From IMG/VR virus record IMGVR_UViG_3300037847_003589, positions 1 through 27,397 of that record: DNA of 27,397 bases. The stretch is one strand, 5' to 3'. Of this stretch, positions 1-8,331 are shown one piece after another; the stretch's first letter is position 1; each line of letters starts with the position of its first letter. The position numbers and the translations under genes are program-made. The stretch comes from a virus. Its lineage: Duplodnaviria; Caudoviricetes. The notes under the pieces were generated by a model. The model made no database searches, was not told where the DNA came from, and was given only the letters and a program-made list of their open reading frames with translations.

Positions 1-370
1 CCCTCTAGGGGCGCGGGCGGGTTCCTCTCCGAGGATTGATCAATCCTTCGCAGTTATCCCGCTCTCTGTAGCTCCTAGCGCTAGCCCGGGCAGAAGCCGC
101 CCTAATGCCGTAGGGATGCGCGTTACTCAAAGCTTCCAGGTGGAGCTAACTAACTTGGTAAAGCCAGGAGATCACGGGGCAGCGCCCGCGCAAGCGTTAA
201 CGGATCTCCATACCGCTTGGAAGTATATTCTAGCGGATGCTACTACGCTTAGCACAGATAGCGCAGCTATAGCGTTTACCGCAGCTAACACTAGCTACGA
301 GGGCGGCGGGGCTTTTCTTCTTACACGTTTCCAAGTCTCGATAACTTACGGGCTTGCCCTAAATGTCTAG
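1..370 (+). CDS. 3' part of the junction-spanning gene (146 aa total); putative tail terminator / head-tail completion protein
   Basis: Frame is open from position 2 through the listed ORF 116..370. It lies between the adaptor-like gene and the gp10-like and tail tube genes. Function is inferred from position and size. Confidence 0.65.
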   Translation, partial: PLGARAGSSPRIDQSFAVIPLSVAPSASPGRSRPNAVGMRVTQSFQVELTNLVKPGDHGAAPAQALTDLHTAWKYILADATTLSTDSAAIAFTAANTSYEGGGAFLLTRFQVSITYGLALNV

Positions 371-872
371 GATAGAAGTACCGATTAAGCTAAAGTCTAT
401 AGAGGCTTACATTATAAAAAAGCACGGTAGACTGCGACAGCTCACAGATAAAGAAGTAGCAGTAGTAGAGTTAGAAGCGGATCGGATCCTTAGATACATA
501 AAAAGAAATTGGCCGGTAGACACTGGGCGATCCCGTTCAACCTGGACCTATACAATAAATAGAACTCCGGGCGCTCTCTCTATTAATATCGCTAACCGTA
601 CTTATTATAGCTCGTGGATAACGGAGAAAGGCGATCCTACTGTGAGAGAGGCAGGAGAGAAGGCCGCCCTATTTTATCGGCTAGTACCGGAGGCTTTTAG
701 GGAGCGTAAAACGGCGATCCTAAATCGTACTAAAAGAGCGATAGATAAAACAGAAGATGAACTTTTAGTAGCTAAAGAGCTAGCGTCTATAGTCCCGGGC
801 GCGGATAGAGCTAGCAAGGTTTTCGATCTGCTCAATCCTTACAGCGGCCCACGGTTTAGAAGGCGTAGCTAA
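363..872 (+). CDS. HK97 gp10-like tail completion (neck) protein
   Basis: WPVDTGRSRSTW matches the PVDTGxxRxSW motif, followed by INIANRTYYSSWI; basic; in the neck-gene position. Confidence 0.75.
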   Translation: MSRIEVPIKLKSIEAYIIKKHGRLRQLTDKEVAVVELEADRILRYIKRNWPVDTGRSRSTWTYTINRTPGALSINIANRTYYSSWITEKGDPTVREAGEKAALFYRLVPEAFRERKTAILNRTKRAIDKTEDELLVAKELASIVPGADRASKVFDLLNPYSGPRFRRRS

Positions 873-1387
873 TGGCTAATAAAATCGCGAAAGTAGAGCT
901 AGAGTTTACCTTACCTAAGATCGGCGGCGTTCTTAATCGGGTAACTATGGAGGTACTAGAGGACTTCGGAGAAGAGGCCGTAAAGCAGACTAAAAAAGAC
1001 TGGACCGGATGGGCCTACGGTAGACAGTACAGCCCGCCGCGTAAATACTACGGGCAGCCGGGAACCTCCCGGGACGCGTGGAGATACGAGACTTTTTTTA
1101 CTCGCCCGCCTTATCGGGTAGAGATTCTAAACGAGGCAAAAGATCCGAGAAGTAAAAAGGGTTACTCTTATTTCGTACATAGGGTAAACAAGGATCCAGC
1201 GAAACTGGAGGATCGCGAATGGTTCCAGGTCAAAAAAAATATACTGGAAAACGTAGCGCCTAAAGCAGTCGCCTTGTTTAAGGAGTCCCTTTTAGATAAT
1301 ATGTCTAAGCAGACAACTACGAGACGTTACGATCTTACCGAGCCGGAAAGCGTAGACGTAAATAGAGATTTAGAACTAGAGCTTTAA
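872..1387 (+). CDS. Second, divergent HK97 gp10-like protein (probable paralog of 363..872)
   Basis: GTSRDAW...VEILNEA...YSYFV parallels GRSRSTW...INIANRT.YSSWI; nearly identical length; coupled by a TAATG overlap. Confidence 0.5.
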   Translation: MANKIAKVELEFTLPKIGGVLNRVTMEVLEDFGEEAVKQTKKDWTGWAYGRQYSPPRKYYGQPGTSRDAWRYETFFTRPPYRVEILNEAKDPRSKKGYSYFVHRVNKDPAKLEDREWFQVKKNILENVAPKAVALFKESLLDNMSKQTTTRRYDLTEPESVDVNRDLELEL

Positions 1388-1427
1388 ACTTATATCGGAG
1401 AAAACCGAATAAAATCAAGGAGTTATA

Positions 1428-1925
1428 ATGGCAGCCTCTACAGTGGTTAAGGTTCCGCGAGACGGGCGGATCGTTCTTTCGGATAACGGCGGATCTAATA
1501 CTTACTCTGTCGCTTACGAAAACGGAGACTTTAGCTTCGATAACCTTACAGAACAGGCAGACCGCATTATTGTAAGAGATCGCGGCTCTATCGTGGGACT
1601 GCGCCGCGGCGACGATCCCGTGGGCTCTCTTTCGTTTACGGTTCACATGCGAGATTTTGCCGGAACCGGATCAGATGTAACGCTTCTAGACGCGATTACC
1701 GGAACGGGCACCGCTGCATCTTTTGTTAGCGTGGGCGGAGACGCTTTTGATATGTATCTCCTAGATGTTATTTTTGAGGTAGAAGGCTCCGATCATAATG
1801 ACGCCGGAGACCACAAAGCTACATTTAATAAGGTGCTTTTGACGGCCTCATTTAGTGAGGGATCGCCTAACTCCATTTCCGTTACTGGAGAAGTCTACGG
1901 CGGGATCACCTACGTGCAGGCCTAA
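1428..1925 (+). CDS. Major tail (tube) protein
   Basis: 165 aa, acidic, Gly/Ser/Thr-rich beta-strand pattern; AAGGAG RBS; directly upstream of the chaperone and tape measure genes. Confidence 0.75.
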   Translation: MAASTVVKVPRDGRIVLSDNGGSNTYSVAYENGDFSFDNLTEQADRIIVRDRGSIVGLRRGDDPVGSLSFTVHMRDFAGTGSDVTLLDAITGTGTAASFVSVGGDAFDMYLLDVIFEVEGSDHNDAGDHKATFNKVLLTASFSEGSPNSISVTGEVYGGITYVQA

Positions 1926-1991
1926 GCCTTTAGACGGACGTAGAGGCGACTAGCCTATTAAAAACCTAAAGCCTTAAGGAGGGGCTTAACT

Positions 1992-2408
1992 ATGCGTAAA
2001 AGTATCGAGTTAGCAGGAGTAGGAGAAGTAGCGCTAGCGCCTCCCCGTTCTCTAGTAAGTGTTTCGGATCTGATTGCGGAGTATTCAGGAGCAGATCGCA
2101 GAAGAGCGCATTTAGCGCGGCTGTCGGCGGCTGCTATTGGTTTATGCTGGGCTAGATCGAATAAGCTAAACGCGCCGATCTATAACCTCAGCGGCGGCGA
2201 TCTTATTGAGTACGGCGGACAGGTTTTAGAGTTCCTGCTTAAAAATAAAGTTACCGTTTCGTCTGTTTACTCTAATGCGTCGGATCTGATTAACGAGCTT
2301 TACGAACTACTTCCCAAGGAAACGGAGGTTAGCGAGGCTGCTAATTACTTTCGCGGAGAAGGGGAGGACGGATCTAGCGATACTGGAGATAGAGAAGCAG
2401 TGGTCTAA
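1992..2408 (+). CDS. Tail assembly chaperone (lambda gpG analogue)
   Basis: Lies between tail tube and tape measure genes; strong RBS TAAGGAGGG at 1975-1983. Confidence 0.75.
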   Translation: MRKSIELAGVGEVALAPPRSLVSVSDLIAEYSGADRRRAHLARLSAAAIGLCWARSNKLNAPIYNLSGGDLIEYGGQVLEFLLKNKVTVSSVYSNASDLINELYELLPKETEVSEAANYFRGEGEDGSSDTGDREAVV

Positions 2409-2589
2409 ATATCCCGGCTGGTTTTACGAGCAAGATCGGGAAACTCAGATCCTTTTATTAGCTAGTCATAGAGTGAGAAACACCGCGCCCGATAAAATGC
2501 AACGGGACGCAAAAGAAAGAAGCGCCGCCCTTTTAAGGCAGCGTATTAAAGACTATCAAGAGAGGGATCGGAAATGGCTACAGACATAG
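2350..2589 (+). CDS. Frameshift extension of the tail chaperone (gpT analogue) in the +1 frame
   Basis: The +1 frame is open from 2290 to TAG 2587-2589 and reads FAEKGRTDLAILEIEKQWSKYPGWFYEQDRETQILLLASHRVR...KWLQT. It has no ATG/GTG before 2473 and fills the gap before the tape measure gene. Confidence 0.65.
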   Translation, partial: FAEKGRTDLAILEIEKQWSKYPGWFYEQDRETQILLLASHRVRNTAPDKMQRDAKERSAALLRQRIKDYQERDRKWLQT

Positions 2590-4916
2590 GGGATCTTAGG
2601 CTAACAGCCTCCGCGGATACTTCCGATCTAGAGCAGAAGCTAGCCCGGAGCGCGGAAGCATTAGACGAGGTAGGTAGCCACGCTAAAGGGATGGGAGCGG
2701 ATACACAGGCCGCTTTTGAAGACTTTCAGACTAATACGCAGGTAGCTTTAGACAACGCCCAAAAGCAGATCGACGAACTAAAAAAAGCTATACAGGGCCT
2801 AAGTAACGAGACAGAAAACCTTCCAAGTAGTACCGATCCCGCTACTCAAAGTATGGACGGTTTTAAAGATACTATGGGAGACGCCGATAGCTCCTTACAG
2901 GGTTTAGCCGGAGCCGTCGATCATGTCTCGCCCGGTATGGCTAACCTTATGAGAGTTACGGGAGACTTCGCAGGGGGCGCGGAAGCTGCGGTTAATGGCG
3001 GTAATCTGCTCGCTAAATCTCTTGGCGCTCTTACTTCTCCTATGGGGCTAGTCGCGCTAACTGCGGCTACTGTAGGCGCTACGCTTCTAGCTATGTCTAG
3101 AGACGCCGGTAAAGCCGCTATTAATACCGAGCATCTAGACGAGGCTCTAAACGCTCTACAGGATACGTCTAACCGCGTTAGCGCTACGGCTTTAGAACTT
3201 AGGGTAGAAAGTGGGGAGTTAAGTAGCTTAGAAGCGCAGCTAGAAAACGTAGCTTCTACAGTCCGGAAAGATATGGCCCCCTCGTTAGAAGCGGCTAGGG
3301 CTCCTTTCGCTCTATTCTTCGAGGCTGTAGAGACAGCGGAAAAGAACGTATTTAAACTAGAGGAAGGGCTTTTTGCGGCTACCTCCGGCGCTATCCCTGC
3401 TACCGGGCGGGAAATCCAAAACGCTAGAGCTACCCTAGTAGAGTATAAAGAAGAGCTGCGAGCGGCAGACGACGCCCTTAAGGTAGTTACCTCCGGAATG
3501 GGAGACGCCGCTATAGCTCTGCGAGGCGTGCAAGATAATATAGAGAGAGAGATCGAGCTTCGAACCGAGCTTATTACTTTACGCATAGCAGAAGCGGAAG
3601 AGAGAGAGCAGGAGAAGCGGGATCGAGAAGCGGAGGCGGCTAGACAGGAACGCAGGCGGAAACGTTTAGAAAGAGAACGTAAGGAGCAGGAGGCGCTAAG
3701 AAAGCTAGAGCAGCAGCGAGCGGAGGCGCTGCGCCTGCTAGGAGGAGAAGCGGAAGCTAGCCTTAATCAGGAACTTAAAGCGCTTAACGAACTAAAAGAC
3801 GCGGCGGTTATTACCGCTGAGGCTTTCGACTTCCTTGCAGAAGAAGCAGCAGCTAGAGCAGACGCCGCAGCGCTAGCAGAAATCCAAGCGAGAAAAGACG
3901 CATTAGGGGAAATCTTAGACGTTACCCGAGACGCTAACGCGGATATTATTTCCGCTAGAGAGCAGCTAGATCAGGACGCGCAGGAAAGAGTAGAGGCGCA
4001 ATATAAAAGAAACCACGATCTTACTCAGTCTATAAAAGACGCAGAAGAAAGAGCGCTAGCATTTACTAAACATAGATTAGATCAGGGCGAGATCTCAGAA
4101 AGAGAAGCGGCGGATCAGGTAGCTAAGATTAAGCAGGACGCGCTTTTAGAAAGTATGCACCTAGAGCTAGCCCACGAGCAAGCTCTAACGGCGCTTCACG
4201 ATGAGGAAAGCCGGAAGCGCATAGAGATAACGCAGGCCGAAAGAGACGCGCAGATCGCGCAGCTACAGGAGGTAGCTAACAGGGCTAACGAGTTCGCTAC
4301 GCTTGGTACGAACCTCCTTAACTCTCTTTCCGATCTTGCATTCTCTAACCTCAACGCGCAGCGAGAAGCCTACATAGCGCAGGCAGGAGAAGACGCGGAG
4401 GAGAGGGAAAGACTAGAAAAAGAGTTTAACGAAATGCACCGCGGCGAAATGCTTAAAGCGTTTAGCAGACAGCAAGCCGCTAACGTTCTTACTGCTACGA
4501 TGAACGGAGCGCTAGCTATTACTAAAGCGCTAGCGGAGCTGGGGCCGGTGGCAGGCGCTATAGCGGTTCCGCTTATCGCAGGCGCTACAGCAGCGCAGAT
4601 CGCAGTAATCCAAAATCAAAAGCCTAGCTTCCATCAAGGCGGGATCGTATCCGGAGACGGAGATCAGCAGATCACCGCGCAAGGCGGGGAGGCGGTACTA
4701 AACAGGAACGCAGTAGCTAACATAGGAGAGGACGGCGTTAACAGCCTAAACGCGGGCGGGGGCATGCCTCAATCGCTTACGGTTAACCTAATGTATAGAC
4801 AGCAAGTCTTTAATCAAATGATCATAGATAACATTAGGACCGGCGGCGCTTTAGCTATCAATCTTAAAGAGGTACAAATGAAGGCTAGCCTAGGACTGAT
4901 CGGGGGACTTCTTTAA
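2574..4916 (+). CDS. Tail tape measure protein
   Basis: 780 aa, Ala/Glu/Leu-rich helical coiled-coil; N-terminal IGDLRLTASADTS; hydrophobic Gly/Ala stretches; C-terminal FHQGGIV...GEAVLN motif typical of tape measure ends. Confidence 0.9.
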   Translation: MATDIGDLRLTASADTSDLEQKLARSAEALDEVGSHAKGMGADTQAAFEDFQTNTQVALDNAQKQIDELKKAIQGLSNETENLPSSTDPATQSMDGFKDTMGDADSSLQGLAGAVDHVSPGMANLMRVTGDFAGGAEAAVNGGNLLAKSLGALTSPMGLVALTAATVGATLLAMSRDAGKAAINTEHLDEALNALQDTSNRVSATALELRVESGELSSLEAQLENVASTVRKDMAPSLEAARAPFALFFEAVETAEKNVFKLEEGLFAATSGAIPATGREIQNARATLVEYKEELRAADDALKVVTSGMGDAAIALRGVQDNIEREIELRTELITLRIAEAEEREQEKRDREAEAARQERRRKRLERERKEQEALRKLEQQRAEALRLLGGEAEASLNQELKALNELKDAAVITAEAFDFLAEEAAARADAAALAEIQARKDALGEILDVTRDANADIISAREQLDQDAQERVEAQYKRNHDLTQSIKDAEERALAFTKHRLDQGEISEREAADQVAKIKQDALLESMHLELAHEQALTALHDEESRKRIEITQAERDAQIAQLQEVANRANEFATLGTNLLNSLSDLAFSNLNAQREAYIAQAGEDAEERERLEKEFNEMHRGEMLKAFSRQQAANVLTATMNGALAITKALAELGPVAGAIAVPLIAGATAAQIAVIQNQKPSFHQGGIVSGDGDQQITAQGGEAVLNRNAVANIGEDGVNSLNAGGGMPQSLTVNLMYRQQVFNQMIIDNIRTGGALAINLKEVQMKASLGLIGGLL

Positions 4917-7900
4917 ATGTCTCAATATAACCAGAACAGTTACCGCGGGATCTTGGTTCCCGATCCTAACATTACTAAAGACACGCTAGTAACTACCGGA
5001 CTTACGCAGGCCGGTAATAGCGCCGGAGTTCCGGAACCTCAAAGCGATACAGATCTAAACCTAGAAGCCACGGGCGATCAATCCGCAGGGAAAGATCTTA
5101 GGATCAAAACTCAGACCGGAGGACACGGCGGAAGAGGCCGCGCCGGTTTTATCTGGAAAGACGCCGCCGACGCTAGCACGGCTTTTAGAGGATGGGATCC
5201 GCCCTCTGCTTTATCCGCTTGGAGATCTGTAGAATGGGAGGCAGTTAGCCCGGTAAACGATTCAGACGATCCGCACCTTATACCGCTCGCTAATAATACT
5301 GCGCTCCTAGTTTATAACGTAGAGGAGGGATCGCCCGGTTCTACCGAGTCCGTAATTAGATCTAGGATCATTAATGAGAACGGAACGATCTCTAGCGCTG
5401 TAGAAATCTACGAGGCCGCTAGCGTCTACCGCTTGCATCCTACCGCGCTCCAGCTTCCCAGCGGGCGGATCCTCGTTTTCTATTATGTAAAAGACTCCGC
5501 TACTAATACTATGCAGATCGGAGTAAGCCGATCCGATGATAACGGCGCGACCTGGGTAGAGGTTACTAAAGCTGCGCTGTCCTCTGCTATTGATATCTCT
5601 AGCGCTGTTAGCGCTTACGATCTTAATCTGCGCCCCTACTCTAAACTGCGCTGCGCCTATGCTAACGGACAGGTTTTGCTTTTAGCCGGTGCCTCGTCTA
5701 ATCTTACTTCTACTTACCGCGGGCGCGTCCTCCAATTTGCATCGGACGATCTGGGCTTTAATTTTGATCTAGTTAGCGTTTCCGGCGGCTCTAATCTTAG
5801 GATCGTGCAGCCCGAGATCTTAGCGGATCCGTCCGGCTTTAACGTTTTCTTTATCGGGTATAACGCAGGAGCAGGAGCCTACGAAGTAATGCGTAGATCG
5901 CTAGGTACGGCCTACGATCCTTTATCCGGTGCTCCCGATCTAGATAATCCCGACTCACTTACCGCCGGTAACTTTTCGCCTGCCGCGGTTTCTACCTATG
6001 TTTTTACCGACGCAGATCTAGCAGTATGTAGAGACGCGGACGGATCGGCTTATGTTTTCGTCCGCGGTAAACAGACTAGCGGAACGGGCGCTAGCGCTGA
6101 ACTAGAGCAGATTAGAGTAGGCGTTAACCGTGCAGGCTTCTACGGTATTACCGGAGACGTAGAACCGATGGGGCAAGGCACTAGAGGAACGGACGCAGGA
6201 TCCGGTAATGTCGGTAATGTCTGGAACGGTAATAGCACGGCTAACAAGTGGATCCGCCCCTCCGCCTGCTATCTCGGTGGCCGTATTATTTTGGCGCACG
6301 GTTGGGATAACTCTACCTCTACTTCAGACGACGAGGGTTTAGGCCTTGCGTATCTTGGGGGCTACACTCAAAAAACCTTACCAAGTTTTGATCAGGGCGG
6401 TAACGATGCTAGGCGGCTTACTTGGGATCGGACTTGGGTTCCTATCGAACTGCCTAATAATATGGGATGGACTGCGTTAGTTAGCGGCGGCCCGGTAGTA
6501 GATTTAGACGCGGGTTATATTCAGATTACTACGACTGCGGATCGGCAGCTCTATAAGTTCGTCTTACCGGGCGACAGCTCTACGACGGAGATCATAGACG
6601 GCGGGATCGTGGCGCACTGGGCTTTTGAGTTCGTAAGCCATAGCCTAAGCGCCGACGCTATTAGGGTAGATATAGATCTAGAGCAGTCCGCCGCCTCTTA
6701 TGGCCTGCGGGTTTATTTAGATGCGTCTACTATTACGGCTTACGATATTCAGGCTAGCGCCGTCCGCGGTACTGCCTCCGTTACTGGAACTTCTCCGGGC
6801 GTAGAATGTTTAGCCTACTTTAAAGATAATAAAGCTAGCGTCTACGTTAGAGCTAGGGACTACGCTAAAGATAAGGCGTGGACTACGGTATGCGAAAACG
6901 CTACGCTAACGGACGGCGGAGCAGTGGGATCGCCGGATCCTCGTATCATTTTCGGAAACGGCCCCGCCTCTACCGCTGTTTCTAAATGGTACTGGTTAAA
7001 CTTCTCTTCCCTTACTTACGCCTGCGGCGCTCCTTATGCGGCTACGGCTTTCGTTAATCCTACGGATCTTAAAGGCCGCCCCTACGGAGCTATTAAGAGT
7101 ACCTATGTAGAAGATAACGTAGCTATTAGATCTACGGATGGGCCTACGGTAGCGGGCGACGAGTGGTCTATTACGCCCGCTTTTAGCTACGCCGCTACTA
7201 ATGTTATTCCAAGCGTAGAGCCGTCGCCGCGGGTAGGGTGGCGATCTACGCAAGTCGCAAGCGCTGAAACTTTGCAATGGGATATCGCTAGCCCACCTGC
7301 TTACAGTACCTTAGGGATCGTTCTAAGAAACGCTAACTTTAGAACGGCTACCCTTTACGGCTGGGATGCGTCCGCAGGATCGCCCGCTTGGGCTTCCATT
7401 GCATCTATCGACACTGCAAGCGGACAGGAAAGCTTAACCTTTACTAGGTTTCAAGACTCTATTTTGGTAGCTAGCGGCGCACCGGGATCTAGATATTTTG
7501 AGTTCGACGAGCTTAAAGACTGTACGGTAGAACTAGTAGGCCCGAACTCCTCCGGCATTGCTACGACGCAGCGCCTAAAGGTTACGCATAATAGCGCGGG
7601 AATATGGGACGACGTTAGCGGACAGCAAAAGCCGATCATTAAAGTAAGCGGGTGGGGCGCGTTAACTACGCCCGTTAGCGGCTCTATGCGGATTTACTCT
7701 AAGGACTTTTCGGTAATAGTCCATAACTCCGGTAGCTATTCTAAATACACTAAGTTCAAACTAGAGATCCCGGCGCAAGGTGTAGCCGTAGGAGAGTCCT
7801 ATTTTACTATAGGCCAACTTATTATTGGCGGCGTCTTTTTGTTTAGTCGCGACTATTCGCACGGGCGGATCATAGACTCGGAACCTAATACGCAGCTAAC

Positions 7901-8330
7901 GACATTTAGAGACGGATCGCGGCGCTCTAAAAAGCTAGGCGAAAACCGGCGGATCATTCAGTTCGGATGGGGAGAGGGAATAGATACCACTCCCCTAAAC
8001 GGTACTCAGATAACGACGGCGGGCGATTACGTTACCGGAACTACTACTAGCGGCGCGGCTACCGTAGCGCTTCGCGGAGATATGGCTAGCGTTATTACTG
8101 AGCTAAATAGATACACCGCAGGCCCTAACCTTCCTTTGGTTTATTTCCCTGCTATTCCCGCAGGCAGTAGCGGTAACGATACTAAAAGCCTTCAAGGTAG
8201 ACAGGGGGCCGGGATCTACTGTCGTATGCTGGGAGGCGTCTCGCTGGATAGCATCGTAGGCGACGAACTCCAAGCGAGTAACGGAGAGCTTTTTAGGATC
8301 GCTAATATCACACTAGAGGAAGAGCTTTAA
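4917..8330 (+). CDS. Large tail-tip protein: Asp-box beta-propeller, probable lectin-like domain and C-terminal distal-tail (Dit)-like region
   Basis: First gene after the tape measure. Asp-box motifs SDDNGATW and SDDLGFNF; beta-rich throughout; the C-terminal IGQLIIG...DYSHG...RDGSRR...RRIIQFGW pattern recalls siphoviral Dit-like proteins. Confidence 0.6.
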   Translation: MSQYNQNSYRGILVPDPNITKDTLVTTGLTQAGNSAGVPEPQSDTDLNLEATGDQSAGKDLRIKTQTGGHGGRGRAGFIWKDAADASTAFRGWDPPSALSAWRSVEWEAVSPVNDSDDPHLIPLANNTALLVYNVEEGSPGSTESVIRSRIINENGTISSAVEIYEAASVYRLHPTALQLPSGRILVFYYVKDSATNTMQIGVSRSDDNGATWVEVTKAALSSAIDISSAVSAYDLNLRPYSKLRCAYANGQVLLLAGASSNLTSTYRGRVLQFASDDLGFNFDLVSVSGGSNLRIVQPEILADPSGFNVFFIGYNAGAGAYEVMRRSLGTAYDPLSGAPDLDNPDSLTAGNFSPAAVSTYVFTDADLAVCRDADGSAYVFVRGKQTSGTGASAELEQIRVGVNRAGFYGITGDVEPMGQGTRGTDAGSGNVGNVWNGNSTANKWIRPSACYLGGRIILAHGWDNSTSTSDDEGLGLAYLGGYTQKTLPSFDQGGNDARRLTWDRTWVPIELPNNMGWTALVSGGPVVDLDAGYIQITTTADRQLYKFVLPGDSSTTEIIDGGIVAHWAFEFVSHSLSADAIRVDIDLEQSAASYGLRVYLDASTITAYDIQASAVRGTASVTGTSPGVECLAYFKDNKASVYVRARDYAKDKAWTTVCENATLTDGGAVGSPDPRIIFGNGPASTAVSKWYWLNFSSLTYACGAPYAATAFVNPTDLKGRPYGAIKSTYVEDNVAIRSTDGPTVAGDEWSITPAFSYAATNVIPSVEPSPRVGWRSTQVASAETLQWDIASPPAYSTLGIVLRNANFRTATLYGWDASAGSPAWASIASIDTASGQESLTFTRFQDSILVASGAPGSRYFEFDELKDCTVELVGPNSSGIATTQRLKVTHNSAGIWDDVSGQQKPIIKVSGWGALTTPVSGSMRIYSKDFSVIVHNSGSYSKYTKFKLEIPAQGVAVGESYFTIGQLIIGGVFLFSRDYSHGRIIDSEPNTQLTTFRDGSRRSKKLGENRRIIQFGWGEGIDTTPLNGTQITTAGDYVTGTTTSGAATVALRGDMASVITELNRYTAGPNLPLVYFPAIPAGSSGNDTKSLQGRQGAGIYCRMLGGVSLDSIVGDELQASNGELFRIANITLEEEL

Positions 8331-8331
8331 A

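Noticed and set aside
2921-3586. 221-aa minus-strand ORF
   Set aside because: Antisense shadow of the tape measure gene; Ser/Ala-rich, with no RBS or motif.
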